Source of the DNA: an uncultured delta proteobacterium
GTDB taxonomy: Bacteria > Desulfobacterota > Binatia > Binatales > Binataceae
NCBI GenBank assembly: GCA_963711565.1
Contig: CAVQEQ010000001.1
Coordinates: forward strand, 288,001-352,000
Direction: 5' to 3'
DNA: 64,000 bases
Shown: positions 46,074-55,503 of the stretch, piece by piece
How positions within the stretch are numbered: position 1 is the stretch's first letter
Layout: each line of letters opens with the position of its first letter
Notes under the pieces: generated by a model
Databases searched by the model: none
Told to the model about the DNA's origin: nothing
Seen by the model: only the letters and a program-made list of their open reading frames with translations
Made by a program: the position numbers and the translations under genes

Positions 46074-47314
46074 GCCTCGAGGATTCACCCAGCGCGGCGC
46101 ATTGGCCGCGTGTGATCGCGCATGCCGACATGGACGCGTTCTACGCATCGGTCGAAGTGCTTGACAACCCCGCCCTGCGCGGGCTGCCGGTGATCGTCGG
46201 CGGGCGCAGCGCGCGCGGCGTCGTTACGTCGGCGTCGTACGAGGCGCGCAAATTCGGCGTGCGCTCCGCGATGCCGACCGGGCAGGCGCGCAAGCTATGT
46301 CCGCAAGCGATCTTCGTGCCGGGCCGGATGGATCGCTACGTGGAAATTTCTAAGGTGGTGCGACGCGTGTTCGAGAGCTTCAGTCCAGTGGTCGAACCGC
46401 TGTCGCTCGACGAGGCGTTTATCGATTTGACTGGCACCGAGCGCCTGCTCGGACCGCCGATGGATGCTGCGCGCGACCTCAAGCGCAAGGTGTTCGAGGA
46501 AACCGGGCTGGTCGTGTCGGTCGGCGTCGCGCCGACCAAGATGGCGGCGAAGATTCTGAGCGACATGTCTAAGCCCGACGGCTTGCTCTCCGTCGCGCCG
46601 GAGAAGCTGCAGGAATTTCTGACGCCGCTGCCGGTCGAGCGGCTGTGGGGCGTAGGACGCGTGACACTCGCGCGGATGCACGAATGCGGAATCAAGACGG
46701 TCGGCGATTTGGCGCGGCGCGATCCGGCCGAGTTGAAGAGCATGTTCGGCTCGATGGGGCCGCATCTGCATGAACTGGCGTCGGGCAACGACACGCGTGC
46801 CGTCATCGCCGACTGGCAGCGCAAGTCGTACGGCGAGGAAAATACTTTCGCGCGCGATCTCGCGCTCGACTCAACTGAACTGCGGCGCGTGCTGATCGCG
46901 CATGGCGACGCGATCGCGCGGCGGCTTCGCGCGGACGGGGTGCGTGCGCGGACGATCACACTCAAGCTGAAACTTGCGCGTCCGCTCGGCGGTGGTCGGT
47001 ATCCATTGATCACGCGCAGTCTTTCATTGGACGGCACGACCAATGACGGGCCCGAGATTTCGCGCGTCGCGACGCAGTTGCTGTCCAAGGTTGGCGGGAA
47101 AGAGAAAATTAGGCTGGCGGGAGTGCAGGTGCATCAGTTGGAGCGCGCGGACACCGCGCAGCTGGGGCTGTTCGAAGCGGCGCCGGCCGAGGATCGAAAG
47201 CGCGACCGTTTGAATCGCGCGCTGGACTCAGTCGCGAAGAAATTCGGCGACGAGGCCGTCACGCGCGGGCTGGCTCGCGCGGAGCGCGCGGCGCCGACGC
47301 GGCGGATTAAGTAG
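46070..47314 (+). CDS. dinB: DNA polymerase IV
   Basis: HADMDAFYASVE, SYEAR, SLDEAF, KPDG, LWGVG. Confidence 0.94.
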   Translation: MSLEDSPSAAHWPRVIAHADMDAFYASVEVLDNPALRGLPVIVGGRSARGVVTSASYEARKFGVRSAMPTGQARKLCPQAIFVPGRMDRYVEISKVVRRVFESFSPVVEPLSLDEAFIDLTGTERLLGPPMDAARDLKRKVFEETGLVVSVGVAPTKMAAKILSDMSKPDGLLSVAPEKLQEFLTPLPVERLWGVGRVTLARMHECGIKTVGDLARRDPAELKSMFGSMGPHLHELASGNDTRAVIADWQRKSYGEENTFARDLALDSTELRRVLIAHGDAIARRLRADGVRARTITLKLKLARPLGGGRYPLITRSLSLDGTTNDGPEISRVATQLLSKVGGKEKIRLAGVQVHQLERADTAQLGLFEAAPAEDRKRDRLNRALDSVAKKFGDEAVTRGLARAERAAPTRRIK

Positions 47315-47317
47315 GAA

Positions 47318-47358
47318 CCTAACCCCTAACCCCTTCCCGCGCGGGAAGGGGGACCGGA
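47318..47358. repeat. CCTAACCCCTAACCCCTTCCC..GGGAAGGGG hairpin repeat
   Basis: Same family as 16037, 38449 and 56135. Confidence 0.8.
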
Positions 47359-47393
47359 TGTTTAGCGACCGGCTGCCGGAGAAGTTTATACCG

Positions 47394-47422
47394 TTGCGGG
47401 ATTGATTAACTTTAGTTAATAT
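47394..47422 (+). promoter_or_regulatory. Sigma70-like promoter TTGCGG-N17-TAATAT overlapping palindrome ATTAAC-N4-GTTAAT
   Basis: Directly upstream of the MarR ATG (47431); no SD. Confidence 0.55.
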
Positions 47423-47430
47423 CTTGCTCT

Positions 47431-47907
47431 ATGCAAGCAGTTGGACGGCGCGATCCTATCTTCCGCGCGATCGAGGCGATGACCGCGCTGGCGGAAATTT
47501 TTGGGCGCCGGCGCGAGGTGCTGGCGCGCGACGCGGGGATCACGATCGAGCAGTGGCGCGTGCTCGAGGAAATCTCGACCGAGCATTTTATTCCCTCGAT
47601 GTTCGCGCGCAGCCGCGACAGCTCGGCGGCAGCGGTATCCAAAATCCTGCGACAACTGCTCGATGCAGGGCTGGTCTCGGCCGCGATTGGGCGGGACGAC
47701 CGCAGGAACCGCAGTTACAAGCTGACTGCGAAGGGACATCGAACGCTCGCGGAGCTGCGCGCGTCGCGGCAGGCGGCGATCGAGGCTATATGGACGGGAT
47801 TTTCTCGCGACGAGCTGGCCGCGTTCAGCAGGTTCGCGATCAAGCTGTCGGATCGGATCGAACGCTATTCGCGCGGGAAGAATGGGCGGCGGGCGGCTGC
47901 GGTGTGA
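47431..47907 (+). CDS. MarR-family transcriptional regulator
   Basis: ITIEQWRVL, SAAAVSKILRQL...GLV, DDRR..YKLTAKG. Confidence 0.85.
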   Translation: MQAVGRRDPIFRAIEAMTALAEIFGRRREVLARDAGITIEQWRVLEEISTEHFIPSMFARSRDSSAAAVSKILRQLLDAGLVSAAIGRDDRRNRSYKLTAKGHRTLAELRASRQAAIEAIWTGFSRDELAAFSRFAIKLSDRIERYSRGKNGRRAAAV

Positions 47908-47967
47908 AGAATCGAGGTTTCGCAATAAAGTTGTTACGCCGCCGATGCGGCGGGAGTTGTTAACGCT

Positions 47968-49377
47968 ATGGCCGCAAAGACACTGTTCGAAAAAATCTGG
48001 GAAGAGCACGTCGTCCGCGAAAAGCAGCACGAGCCGTCTCTGCTCTACATCGACCTGCACCTGGTGCATGAAGTCACGTCGCCGCAGGCGTTCGAGGGAC
48101 TGCGTCATTCGGGGCGCAAGGTTCGCGCGCCGCATCGTACGTACGCGACGCAGGATCACAACGTGCCCACGACCGATCGCAGCAAACCGATCACCGACGC
48201 CGATTCGAAGCTGCAGATCGAGACGCTGCGGCGCAACTGCGCGGAGTTCGGATTGCGGCTGTTCGATATCGGATCGCGCGAGCAGGGGATCGTGCACGTG
48301 ATCGGGCCGGAGTTGGGACTGACGCAGCCGGGCATGACGATCGTTTGCGGCGACAGCCATACCGCGACGCATGGCGCGTTCGGCGCGCTCGCTTTCGGAA
48401 TCGGCACCAGCGAAGTCGAGCACGTGCTGGCGACGCAATGCCTGTGGGAAGAGCGGCCGCAGACGTTTGAGATTCGCGTCGACGGGAAACTCGGCATCGG
48501 AGTCGGCGCCAAGGATCTGATCCTCGGCATCATCGGCAGGATCAAAACCAACGGCGCAACGGGGCACGTGATCGAGTACCGCGGCGCGGCGGTCGAGGCG
48601 CTGTCGATGGAAGAGCGGATGACGGTGTGCAACATGTCGATCGAAGGCGGCGCGCGCGCCGGGATGGTCGCCGCGGACAAGACTACCGTCGAGTATCTGC
48701 GTGGGCGCCGGTATATCCCGGCCGGCAAGGAGTTCGACGAGTTGGCGGCGCGATGGCTCGAGTGCCGCAGCGACGACGGCGCGAAGTTCGATCGCAGCGT
48801 GGTCTTCGACGCGGCGACGTTCGCGCCGCAGGTGACGTGGGGCACGAATCCCGGGATGGTCACCGACGTGCGCGGCAGCGTGCCGAATCCCGCGGAGATT
48901 GGCGACAAGGAGCAGCGCGAGACGGTCGAGCGGGCGCTCACCTACATGGCGCTCCGGCCGGGAACGCGAATCGAGGACATCAAGATCGATCGCGTGTTTA
49001 TCGGATCGTGCACTAACTCGCGGCTGAGTGATCTCAAGTCCGCCGCCGGTATCGTCAAGGGTCGCAAAGTTGCGCCGACCGTGCACGCGATGGTGGTGCC
49101 GGGCTCGCAGCAGATCAAGGCCGAGGCGGAGAGTCTCGGTCTCGACAGAATTTTCACGGAGGCCGGCTTCGAGTGGCGCGAATCGGGATGCAGCATGTGC
49201 CTGGCGATGAATCCCGACGTGCTGCAGCCGGGCGAGCGATGCGCGAGCACCTCGAATCGCAACTTCGAGGGTCGTCAGGGCAAGGGCGGGCGCACGCATC
49301 TGGTGAGTCCGGCGATGGCGGCGGCGGCGGCGGTCGCGGGGCACTTCGTCAACGTAAGGGAATGGGCCAATCAGTGA
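47968..49377 (+). CDS. leuC: 3-isopropylmalate dehydratase large subunit
   Basis: [41 protein letters not shown]. Confidence 0.97.
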   Translation: MAAKTLFEKIWEEHVVREKQHEPSLLYIDLHLVHEVTSPQAFEGLRHSGRKVRAPHRTYATQDHNVPTTDRSKPITDADSKLQIETLRRNCAEFGLRLFDIGSREQGIVHVIGPELGLTQPGMTIVCGDSHTATHGAFGALAFGIGTSEVEHVLATQCLWEERPQTFEIRVDGKLGIGVGAKDLILGIIGRIKTNGATGHVIEYRGAAVEALSMEERMTVCNMSIEGGARAGMVAADKTTVEYLRGRRYIPAGKEFDELAARWLECRSDDGAKFDRSVVFDAATFAPQVTWGTNPGMVTDVRGSVPNPAEIGDKEQRETVERALTYMALRPGTRIEDIKIDRVFIGSCTNSRLSDLKSAAGIVKGRKVAPTVHAMVVPGSQQIKAEAESLGLDRIFTEAGFEWRESGCSMCLAMNPDVLQPGERCASTSNRNFEGRQGKGGRTHLVSPAMAAAAAVAGHFVNVREWANQ

Positions 49378-49394
49378 AATACACTTCATCTAAT

Positions 49395-49452
49395 GTGAAA
49401 CCCGCCGTGGGTTTCACGCTTCCCTGGGCAGGGGTGACCCCTGCACCCAGTA
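49395..49452 (-). repeat. Two-hairpin repeat, copy 3, between leuC and leuD
   Basis: Reverse complement TACTGGGTGCAGGGGTCACCCCTGCCCAGGGAAGCGTGAAACCCACGGCGGGTTTCAC. Confidence 0.82.
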
Positions 49453-49473
49453 ATTAATTCCCAGGAGACACTG

Positions 49474-50079
49474 ATGCAGAAGTTCAAAAATTTTACCGGG
49501 ATGGTGGCGCCGCTCGATCGCGCCAACGTCGATACCGATCAGATCATTCCGAAGCAGTTTCTCAAGGCGGTCGTGCGGACCGGGCTCAAGGCTGGCCTGT
49601 TTATCGACTGGCGGCGCAATCCGGACGGCAGCGAGAACCAGGACTTCGTGCTGAACAAGCCGCGCTACCAGGGCGCGTCGATTCTGGTCGCGCGCAATAA
49701 TTTCGGCTGCGGCAGCTCGCGCGAGCATGCGGTGTGGGCGCTCGATGATGCGGGTTTCCTCGCCGCGATCGCGCCGGAGTTCGCCGATATCTTTCACAAC
49801 AACTGTCTTAAGAACGGATTTCTGCCGGTCACGCTGACGGCCGACGAGGTCGAGCATATTTTTCGCGCGGCCGGCGATTACGAGGCGTATCGGCTGACGA
49901 TCGATCTCGAAAAGCAGATCGTGTCGGACGACTTCGGCTGGACGGCGCATTTCGAGATCGAGCCGTTCGACAAGAAATGCCTGCTCGAAGGCCTCGACGA
50001 TATCGCGCTGACGCTCGCACATGAGGATCGAATCGTCGCGTACGAGAAGGCGCATCCGCTGCCGCATCGCTTCGAGTAA
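49474..50079 (+). CDS. leuD: 3-isopropylmalate dehydratase small subunit
   Basis: NVDTDQIIPKQFL, NFGCGSSREHA, GLDDI. Confidence 0.97.
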   Translation: MQKFKNFTGMVAPLDRANVDTDQIIPKQFLKAVVRTGLKAGLFIDWRRNPDGSENQDFVLNKPRYQGASILVARNNFGCGSSREHAVWALDDAGFLAAIAPEFADIFHNNCLKNGFLPVTLTADEVEHIFRAAGDYEAYRLTIDLEKQIVSDDFGWTAHFEIEPFDKKCLLEGLDDIALTLAHEDRIVAYEKAHPLPHRFE

Positions 50080-50088
50080 GATGTTCGC

Positions 50089-50319
50089 ATGAGAAAGATC
50101 ATCTCGATGGCAATTATCACGCTGTTCTCGATGGCACTGGCCGGATGCTGGTTTTATTCGAGGCCTGACGCGACGGCGGCAGGCTGTCAGAAGACTACCT
50201 ACGGCGTCGTGACGGCGACGAGCACGACCGAGAATTGTCCCCATGCCGCTGCTGCCGGCGGTCCATCTACATCGATCCCGCCGACGCCACCGCCGATACC
50301 GTCGCCCGGAATGATGTGA
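50089..50319 (+). CDS. Small lipoprotein
   Basis: Lipobox LAGC, Cys pair, Pro-rich tail. Confidence 0.65.
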   Translation: MRKIISMAIITLFSMALAGCWFYSRPDATAAGCQKTTYGVVTATSTTENCPHAAAAGGPSTSIPPTPPPIPSPGMM

Positions 50320-50348
50320 TTTGTGCATCGATGCGATAACTCGCGCTC

Positions 50349-51353
50349 GTGATTCTTCCAACGACAATCACAGCGGGCGCCGAGCACGACCGGATGCGGC
50401 TCGATGTGTTCGTGTCGATGCGGCTCGCGCCGGAGTACTCGCGATCGCAGGTGGCGCGGATGATCAAGGCGGGACTGGTGAGGGTCAACGGCCTATCGGC
50501 GCGCGCGTCGAGCGGAGTGCGGACGGGGGACCGCGTCGAGGTCGCCGCGATTCCCGCCGGCGCGGCGTACGATCCTTCGAGTTACAAGGAAGGTGACGCG
50601 CCCGAGATTTCGGTAATTTTCGACGACGATGAAATAATCGGTGTGAACAAACCCGCCGGGATGACGGTGCATCCTGCACCTGGGCATCCCAATGGCACTC
50701 TCGTCGATGCGCTGCTCGCGCGATTTCCCGAGCTGGCTGCGATGGCCGAACCTGACGGCGTGCTGCGCCCGGGGATCGTGCATCGCCTGGACAAAGACAC
50801 GTCGGGCGTGATGGTGGTGGCGCGGACGCCGTTTTCGCGCACCGCCCTTTCGCGGCAATTCAAGGACCGGATCGTCAAGAAAACTTACCTCGCGATCGTC
50901 AAGGGGAAACTCGCGCGCGACCGGCTGACGATCGAGCGGCCCGTCGGACGGCATCCGATCGAGCGCAAGCGGATGTCGGTGCGATCGAATGCGCCGCGCG
51001 ACGCCATCAGCCATCTCACAGTGCTAGCGCGATTCGATCCCGCGGACGGCGACGAAATGGGAACGTCGCTGGTGCGGGTGCGGCCCGACACGGGCAGAAT
51101 GCATCAGATTCGCGTGCATCTTGCGTCGATTGGGCATCCGTGCCTGGGCGATCCTTTGTATGGCGGCAAGTCAGCAGGCGGCGGATTTTTCCATCGACAA
51201 GCCCTGCATGCTCTGGCGCTGAGCATTGCGCATCCGCGATCCGGCGAGCGGCTCGAATTCGTTGCGCCACTGCCAGGTGACTTCGACGAGTTTCTTGCTA
51301 CGAAGTTATTCGCGGCCGATGCCCGCGAGCTTCGCCGCTGGATCGAACTCTGA
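50349..51353 (+). CDS. rluD: RluA/RluD-family pseudouridine synthase
   Basis: S4 domain, NKPAGM.VHP, GIVHRLDKDTSG, TGRMHQIRVH, GDPLYG. Confidence 0.88.
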   Translation: MILPTTITAGAEHDRMRLDVFVSMRLAPEYSRSQVARMIKAGLVRVNGLSARASSGVRTGDRVEVAAIPAGAAYDPSSYKEGDAPEISVIFDDDEIIGVNKPAGMTVHPAPGHPNGTLVDALLARFPELAAMAEPDGVLRPGIVHRLDKDTSGVMVVARTPFSRTALSRQFKDRIVKKTYLAIVKGKLARDRLTIERPVGRHPIERKRMSVRSNAPRDAISHLTVLARFDPADGDEMGTSLVRVRPDTGRMHQIRVHLASIGHPCLGDPLYGGKSAGGGFFHRQALHALALSIAHPRSGERLEFVAPLPGDFDEFLATKLFAADARELRRWIEL

Positions 51354-51384
51354 TGCGTGTTGATACAAGTAGCGTCAGCCCCCG

Positions 51385-51413
51385 TTGACATGCTCGCATT
51401 GCGCGGGTAGCGT
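51385..51413 (+). promoter_or_regulatory. Sigma70-like promoter for rho (TTGACA-N17-TAGCGT)
   Basis: Consensus -35 with a 17-nt spacer. Confidence 0.6.
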
Positions 51414-51675
51414 TTTACTTGAGCTTCCGCACTGAGGACGCTGAGACGGGTTGGGTGGATAGATAAATCCCGTTTCCCTGCGGTCCGTAATTCCGAACTT
51501 GAACTCAAGGCGTTAGTTGTTCCGAATCCCGACCGCTTGAGCACTAAATCTATAATGGTATCTCCCGTCATGGGGGCCCATTGGAACAAACGTTCATAAC
51601 CTGCGATGGGCGTCGCGCAAGCGGCGACGATTGGCAGCATTAAAGATGATGGAGTCCAGGTTGCGGGGAAGGCAT

Positions 51676-53067
51676 ATGGGCAAGGGCAGACACGTTGCGA
51701 AGAGCGAGGAGGGTCGCTTCGACGATCCGCGCTCGACCAACGGCACACCGCGTCAGGTAAATCTCGACAGCAATCCGAATCTTCCGCCGCCGGCGCCGGT
51801 GATCAGCGAAGAGGGTGTCCTCAACCTCAAGTCGCTCAAGCGTGCGAAGATTACCGAGCTGGCGCAGATGGCGCGCGACTTCAACGTCAACGGCGCCACC
51901 AACATGCGCAAGCAGGAGATGATCTTCGCCGTCCTGCAGGCGCAGGCCGCCAAGAACGGATCGATCCTCGGCGAGGGCGTGCTGGAAATCCTGCCCGACG
52001 GCTTCGGCTTCCTGCGCGCGCCCGACTACAACTACCTGCCCGGCCCCGACGACATTTATATTTCGCCGAGCCAGATTCGCAAATTCAACTTGCGCACCGG
52101 CGACGTGGTCTCCGGCCTGATTCGGCCGCCGAAGGAAGGCGAGCGCTACTTCGCGTTGCTCAAGGTCGAGTCGATCAACTACGAGGACCCCGAAAAGGCG
52201 CGCGACAAGATCCTGTTCGACAACCTGACCCCGCTCTATCCTGAGGAGCGGATCAAGCTCGAATACAATCACGAAGATTTGACCACCCGCATCATCGATT
52301 TGGTCGCGCCGATCGGCAAAGGCCAGCGCGGGCTGATCGTCGCGGCGCCGTTCACCGGCAAGACGATGATGCTGCAAGCGATCGCCAAGGCGATCGCGCA
52401 TAACCATCCGGAGATCGTGCTGATCGTGCTGCTGGTTGACGAGCGGCCCGAGGAAGTGACCGACATGCTGCGCTCGGTGCAGGGCGAGGTCGTCAGCTCG
52501 ACCTTCGACGAGCCGGCGACGCGTCACGTGCAGGTCGCCGAGATGGTAATCGAAAAGGCGCGGCGGCTGGTCGAGCACGGGCGTGACGTCGTCATCCTGC
52601 TCGATTCGATCACTCGGCTGGCGCGCGCGTACAACACGGTGGTGCCGCCGTCGGGCAAGATCCTGTCGGGCGGCGTCGACTCCAACGCGCTGCACAAGCC
52701 CAAGAAGTTTTTCGGCGCCGCGCGCAACACCGAAGACGGCGGCAGCCTGACGATTATCGCGACCGCGCTGGTCGATACCGGCAGCCGCATGGACGAAGTA
52801 ATTTTCGAAGAGTTCAAGGGCACCGGCAATCAGCAGATCGCGCTGGACCGGCGCCTGCTCGAAAAGCGCATCTTCCCGACCATCGACATCCAGCGCTCCT
52901 CGACCCGCAAGGAGGAGCTGTTGCTGCCGCGCGCGACGCTCAATCGCGTGTGGATATTGCGCAAGCTGCTGACGCAGCTCAACGCCGTCGAGGCGATGGA
53001 ATTCCTGATCGACAAGATGGACAAGACCAAGACCAACGAGGAATTCCTCGAGTCGATGAACGCCTGA
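51676..53067 (+). CDS. rho: Transcription termination factor Rho
   Basis: [40 protein letters not shown]. Confidence 0.97.
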   Translation: MGKGRHVAKSEEGRFDDPRSTNGTPRQVNLDSNPNLPPPAPVISEEGVLNLKSLKRAKITELAQMARDFNVNGATNMRKQEMIFAVLQAQAAKNGSILGEGVLEILPDGFGFLRAPDYNYLPGPDDIYISPSQIRKFNLRTGDVVSGLIRPPKEGERYFALLKVESINYEDPEKARDKILFDNLTPLYPEERIKLEYNHEDLTTRIIDLVAPIGKGQRGLIVAAPFTGKTMMLQAIAKAIAHNHPEIVLIVLLVDERPEEVTDMLRSVQGEVVSSTFDEPATRHVQVAEMVIEKARRLVEHGRDVVILLDSITRLARAYNTVVPPSGKILSGGVDSNALHKPKKFFGAARNTEDGGSLTIIATALVDTGSRMDEVIFEEFKGTGNQQIALDRRLLEKRIFPTIDIQRSSTRKEELLLPRATLNRVWILRKLLTQLNAVEAMEFLIDKMDKTKTNEEFLESMNA

Positions 53068-53101
53068 TCATTGGGGCTGGCTTAAGGGCTTAAGAAGGGG
53101 C

Positions 53102-53666
53102 TTTTTTGTAGTGGGGCGGGCCGCCGTGCCCGCCATTCTGACAGCGGGCATTAGATGATGCCTGACTCATCTCACTTTTACCGCAGGCGACTGCCGCATT
53201 ACCGCGAGCGAGACGCTGTCTATTTCGTGACCTGGCGACTTGCCACAGGCATAGAATTGTCGCCGCCGGAGCGCGATCTGATCGCGGCGGAACTGCATCA
53301 CAGTCACGATCAACGCTACGAGCTATACGCCTGCGTGGTCATGAACGACCATGTGCACGTCCTGCTGCGAATCTTGCACGAAGAGCCTCTCGAGAAGATC
53401 GTTCATTCGTGGAAGTCGTTCACCGCGCATGCGATCCAGCGCCGGCATGGACGCCGCGGGCGAGTCTGGCAGGATGAGTACTTCGACCGAATTGTCCGCG
53501 ATGAAAAAGAGCTTGAGCAAAAATTCAACTACATCCTTGGTAACCCATGGACGCGATGGCCGGAGCTCAAGGATTATCGGTGGGTTTGGCCGAGAGATTA
53601 GGTAAGCGTGGGCGCGGACGCTCGCGCATCGAGGGCGGGCACGGCGGCCCGCCCCACTACAAAAAA
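53102..53666. mobile_element. RAYT locus bracketed by inverted REPs
   Basis: TTTTTTGTAGTGGGGCGGGCCGCCGTGCCCGCC (53102-53134) and its exact inverse (53634-53666) flank the transposase. Confidence 0.85.
53155..53601 (+). CDS. REP-associated tyrosine transposase (RAYT, Y1 HUH)
   Basis: RRRLPH, YFVTW, VMNDHVHVLL (HUH), WKSFTA, WQDEYFDRIVR, YILGNP. Confidence 0.9.
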   Translation: MMPDSSHFYRRRLPHYRERDAVYFVTWRLATGIELSPPERDLIAAELHHSHDQRYELYACVVMNDHVHVLLRILHEEPLEKIVHSWKSFTAHAIQRRHGRRGRVWQDEYFDRIVRDEKELEQKFNYILGNPWTRWPELKDYRWVWPRD

Positions 53667-53689
53667 AGCTAGGAACCGGACACCCACTC

Positions 53690-53755
53690 TAGTGGGGCGG
53701 GCCATTTCCTAGTGGGGCGGGCCGCCGTGCCCGCCATCCTCGCATGCCCGCCATC
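53690..53755 (+). repeat. Additional partial and full RAYT-family REP copies
   Basis: TAGTGGGGCGGGCC (53690-53703), a full REP at 53710-53735 and a repeated TGCCCGCCATC. Confidence 0.85.
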
Positions 53756-53793
53756 GATGATTTTTTTCGGCAAGTAGCGTATAACTTTCTGAC

Positions 53794-54120
53794 GTGAGCA
53801 ACCTGAAAAGCCGCTACCTCGCGGCGCTCGCGTTCGTGGGCTGGTATCTGATGATGCCGCCCGATTCCAGCAGGATCCCTCATGATGTCGATGTTGACGT
53901 TCCGCTCTCCCGCTGGACTATTGTCACCAATTACGACACCCAGGAGCATTGCGAGAAGGTGCTCGCGGACATTCAGAACAGTTTTCAGGACCCGGCGGAG
54001 CTTGATAAAACGGGCAGACTCAGGCGCCTCCAGAAAAATGACCCCGCGCTGGGAAAAGCGCGCGCGATCAATGCCGCCTGCGTCGAGAGCGACGACTTCA
54101 GATTGAAGGGCAGGAAGTAG
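53794..54120 (+). CDS. Small exported protein (LAALAFVGWYLMMPP leader, Cys pair)
   Basis: Hydrophobic N-terminus; ends CVESDDFRLKGRK. Confidence 0.75.
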   Translation: MSNLKSRYLAALAFVGWYLMMPPDSSRIPHDVDVDVPLSRWTIVTNYDTQEHCEKVLADIQNSFQDPAELDKTGRLRRLQKNDPALGKARAINAACVESDDFRLKGRK

Positions 54121-54121
54121 T

Positions 54122-54517
54122 ATGAAGCGACGCCACGCAGGCGCGCTCGCGCTTGTAGCCTCGATCATCTTTAGTTGTTTGACGAGTTGCGCGACATACC
54201 AGGTTGAGGGGATGACTGTGAAGAGTCAGGCCCATGGTCATGGCGTCATGATTTTAACGTATAAGGATGGGTGGTTCGCGCCACTCGGAGACGAAGGGCA
54301 AGGGATCTCTATCGCCACCGAGATTTGCAATGAACGGGGATACTCGGGAGCAACAACACTCGGCCAGGACGAACGGTGTCTTACCCACGAGTGGCAAATA
54401 CCCTACTTGTTCGCCGCGTGCTACGAGACCGTTTTGACGGCCAGTTACTACTGTGATGAAGCCACAAGCGCTCCCCACTTGCTTAACACTTGGTTCCAGT
54501 TCATCCCGGCAAATTAA
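54122..54517 (+). CDS. Small Cys-containing putative lipoprotein with [11 protein letters not shown] leader
   Basis: Lipobox LTSC; lower-GC body. Confidence 0.7.
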   Translation: MKRRHAGALALVASIIFSCLTSCATYQVEGMTVKSQAHGHGVMILTYKDGWFAPLGDEGQGISIATEICNERGYSGATTLGQDERCLTHEWQIPYLFAACYETVLTASYYCDEATSAPHLLNTWFQFIPAN

Positions 54518-54618
54518 GACAGTACCCCGCAATCGAGCACGCTTTCCTACCGCGCCCCACCCTGATAATACTTACAGATTGCCCCGCGCACGGGGCCAAG
54601 AGGCAAGGACTAAATTCT

Positions 54619-55401
54619 ATGACTGAAATTAGTATGAAGCAGCTCCTGGAGGCCGGCGTTCATTTCGGCCATCAGACCAGCCGCTGGAACCCGAAGATGA
54701 AGCAATACATCTTCGGCGCCCGCAACGGTATTTACATTATCGATCTGCAGCAGACCGTGAAGATGTTTCGCGCGACCTTCGACTTCGCGCGCGATCTCGC
54801 GGCGGCGGGCGGCACGATGCTGTTCGTGGGCACCAAGAAGCAGGCCCAGGACATCGTCAAGGAAGAAGCCGAGCGATGCGGCATGTACTACGTGAACAAC
54901 CGCTGGCTCGGCGGGATGCTGACCAACTTCCAGACTATTCGCGCGTCGATCGACCGGCTCCGGAAGCTCGAAGAGACGATGGCCGACCCGGAAATGATTA
55001 AGGCGCTCACCAAGAAAGAGATGAGCGACAACGGCCGCGAGCATGAAAAGCTGATGGCGACGCTGGCCGGGATCAAGAATATGCGCAAGCTGCCGGACGC
55101 GCTGTGGGTGATCGATACCAAGAAAGAAGATATCGCGGTCGCGGAAGCGAACCGCCTAGGAATCCCGGTCGCGGCTGTGGTCGATACCAACTGCGACCCC
55201 GACCTGATCGCGTACCGAATCCCCGGCAACGACGACGCTATCCGCGCGATCAAGCTGTTCACGGCCGCCGTCGCCGACGCGATCCTCGAAGGCAAGCAGA
55301 TTGCCGAGGAGCGCGCCAAGGGGCAGCAGGATATTCGCTCGGACGCGGGCGCCGCGGCAGACCCGGGGGCATCGGCGCCCGATTCGCCAAGCGCGGTCTA
55401 G
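54619..55401 (+). CDS. rpsB: 30S ribosomal protein S2
   Basis: [37 protein letters not shown]. Confidence 0.97.
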   Translation: MTEISMKQLLEAGVHFGHQTSRWNPKMKQYIFGARNGIYIIDLQQTVKMFRATFDFARDLAAAGGTMLFVGTKKQAQDIVKEEAERCGMYYVNNRWLGGMLTNFQTIRASIDRLRKLEETMADPEMIKALTKKEMSDNGREHEKLMATLAGIKNMRKLPDALWVIDTKKEDIAVAEANRLGIPVAAVVDTNCDPDLIAYRIPGNDDAIRAIKLFTAAVADAILEGKQIAEERAKGQQDIRSDAGAAADPGASAPDSPSAV

Positions 55402-55503
55402 TCAACCGACTCGATTTTCAAGTCCGCAACAGAGCTGGTCAACGTGCCGGTCGCTTGCAGTAGAGCGACCGGCCAAGAATACTAGCTCAACTCAGGAATT
55501 GCG

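Noticed and set aside
51419-51510. SRP or 6S RNA in the rho leader
   Set aside because: Lacks the SRP domain IV motif and I could not see a 6S-length rod structure; kept only as a candidate leader.
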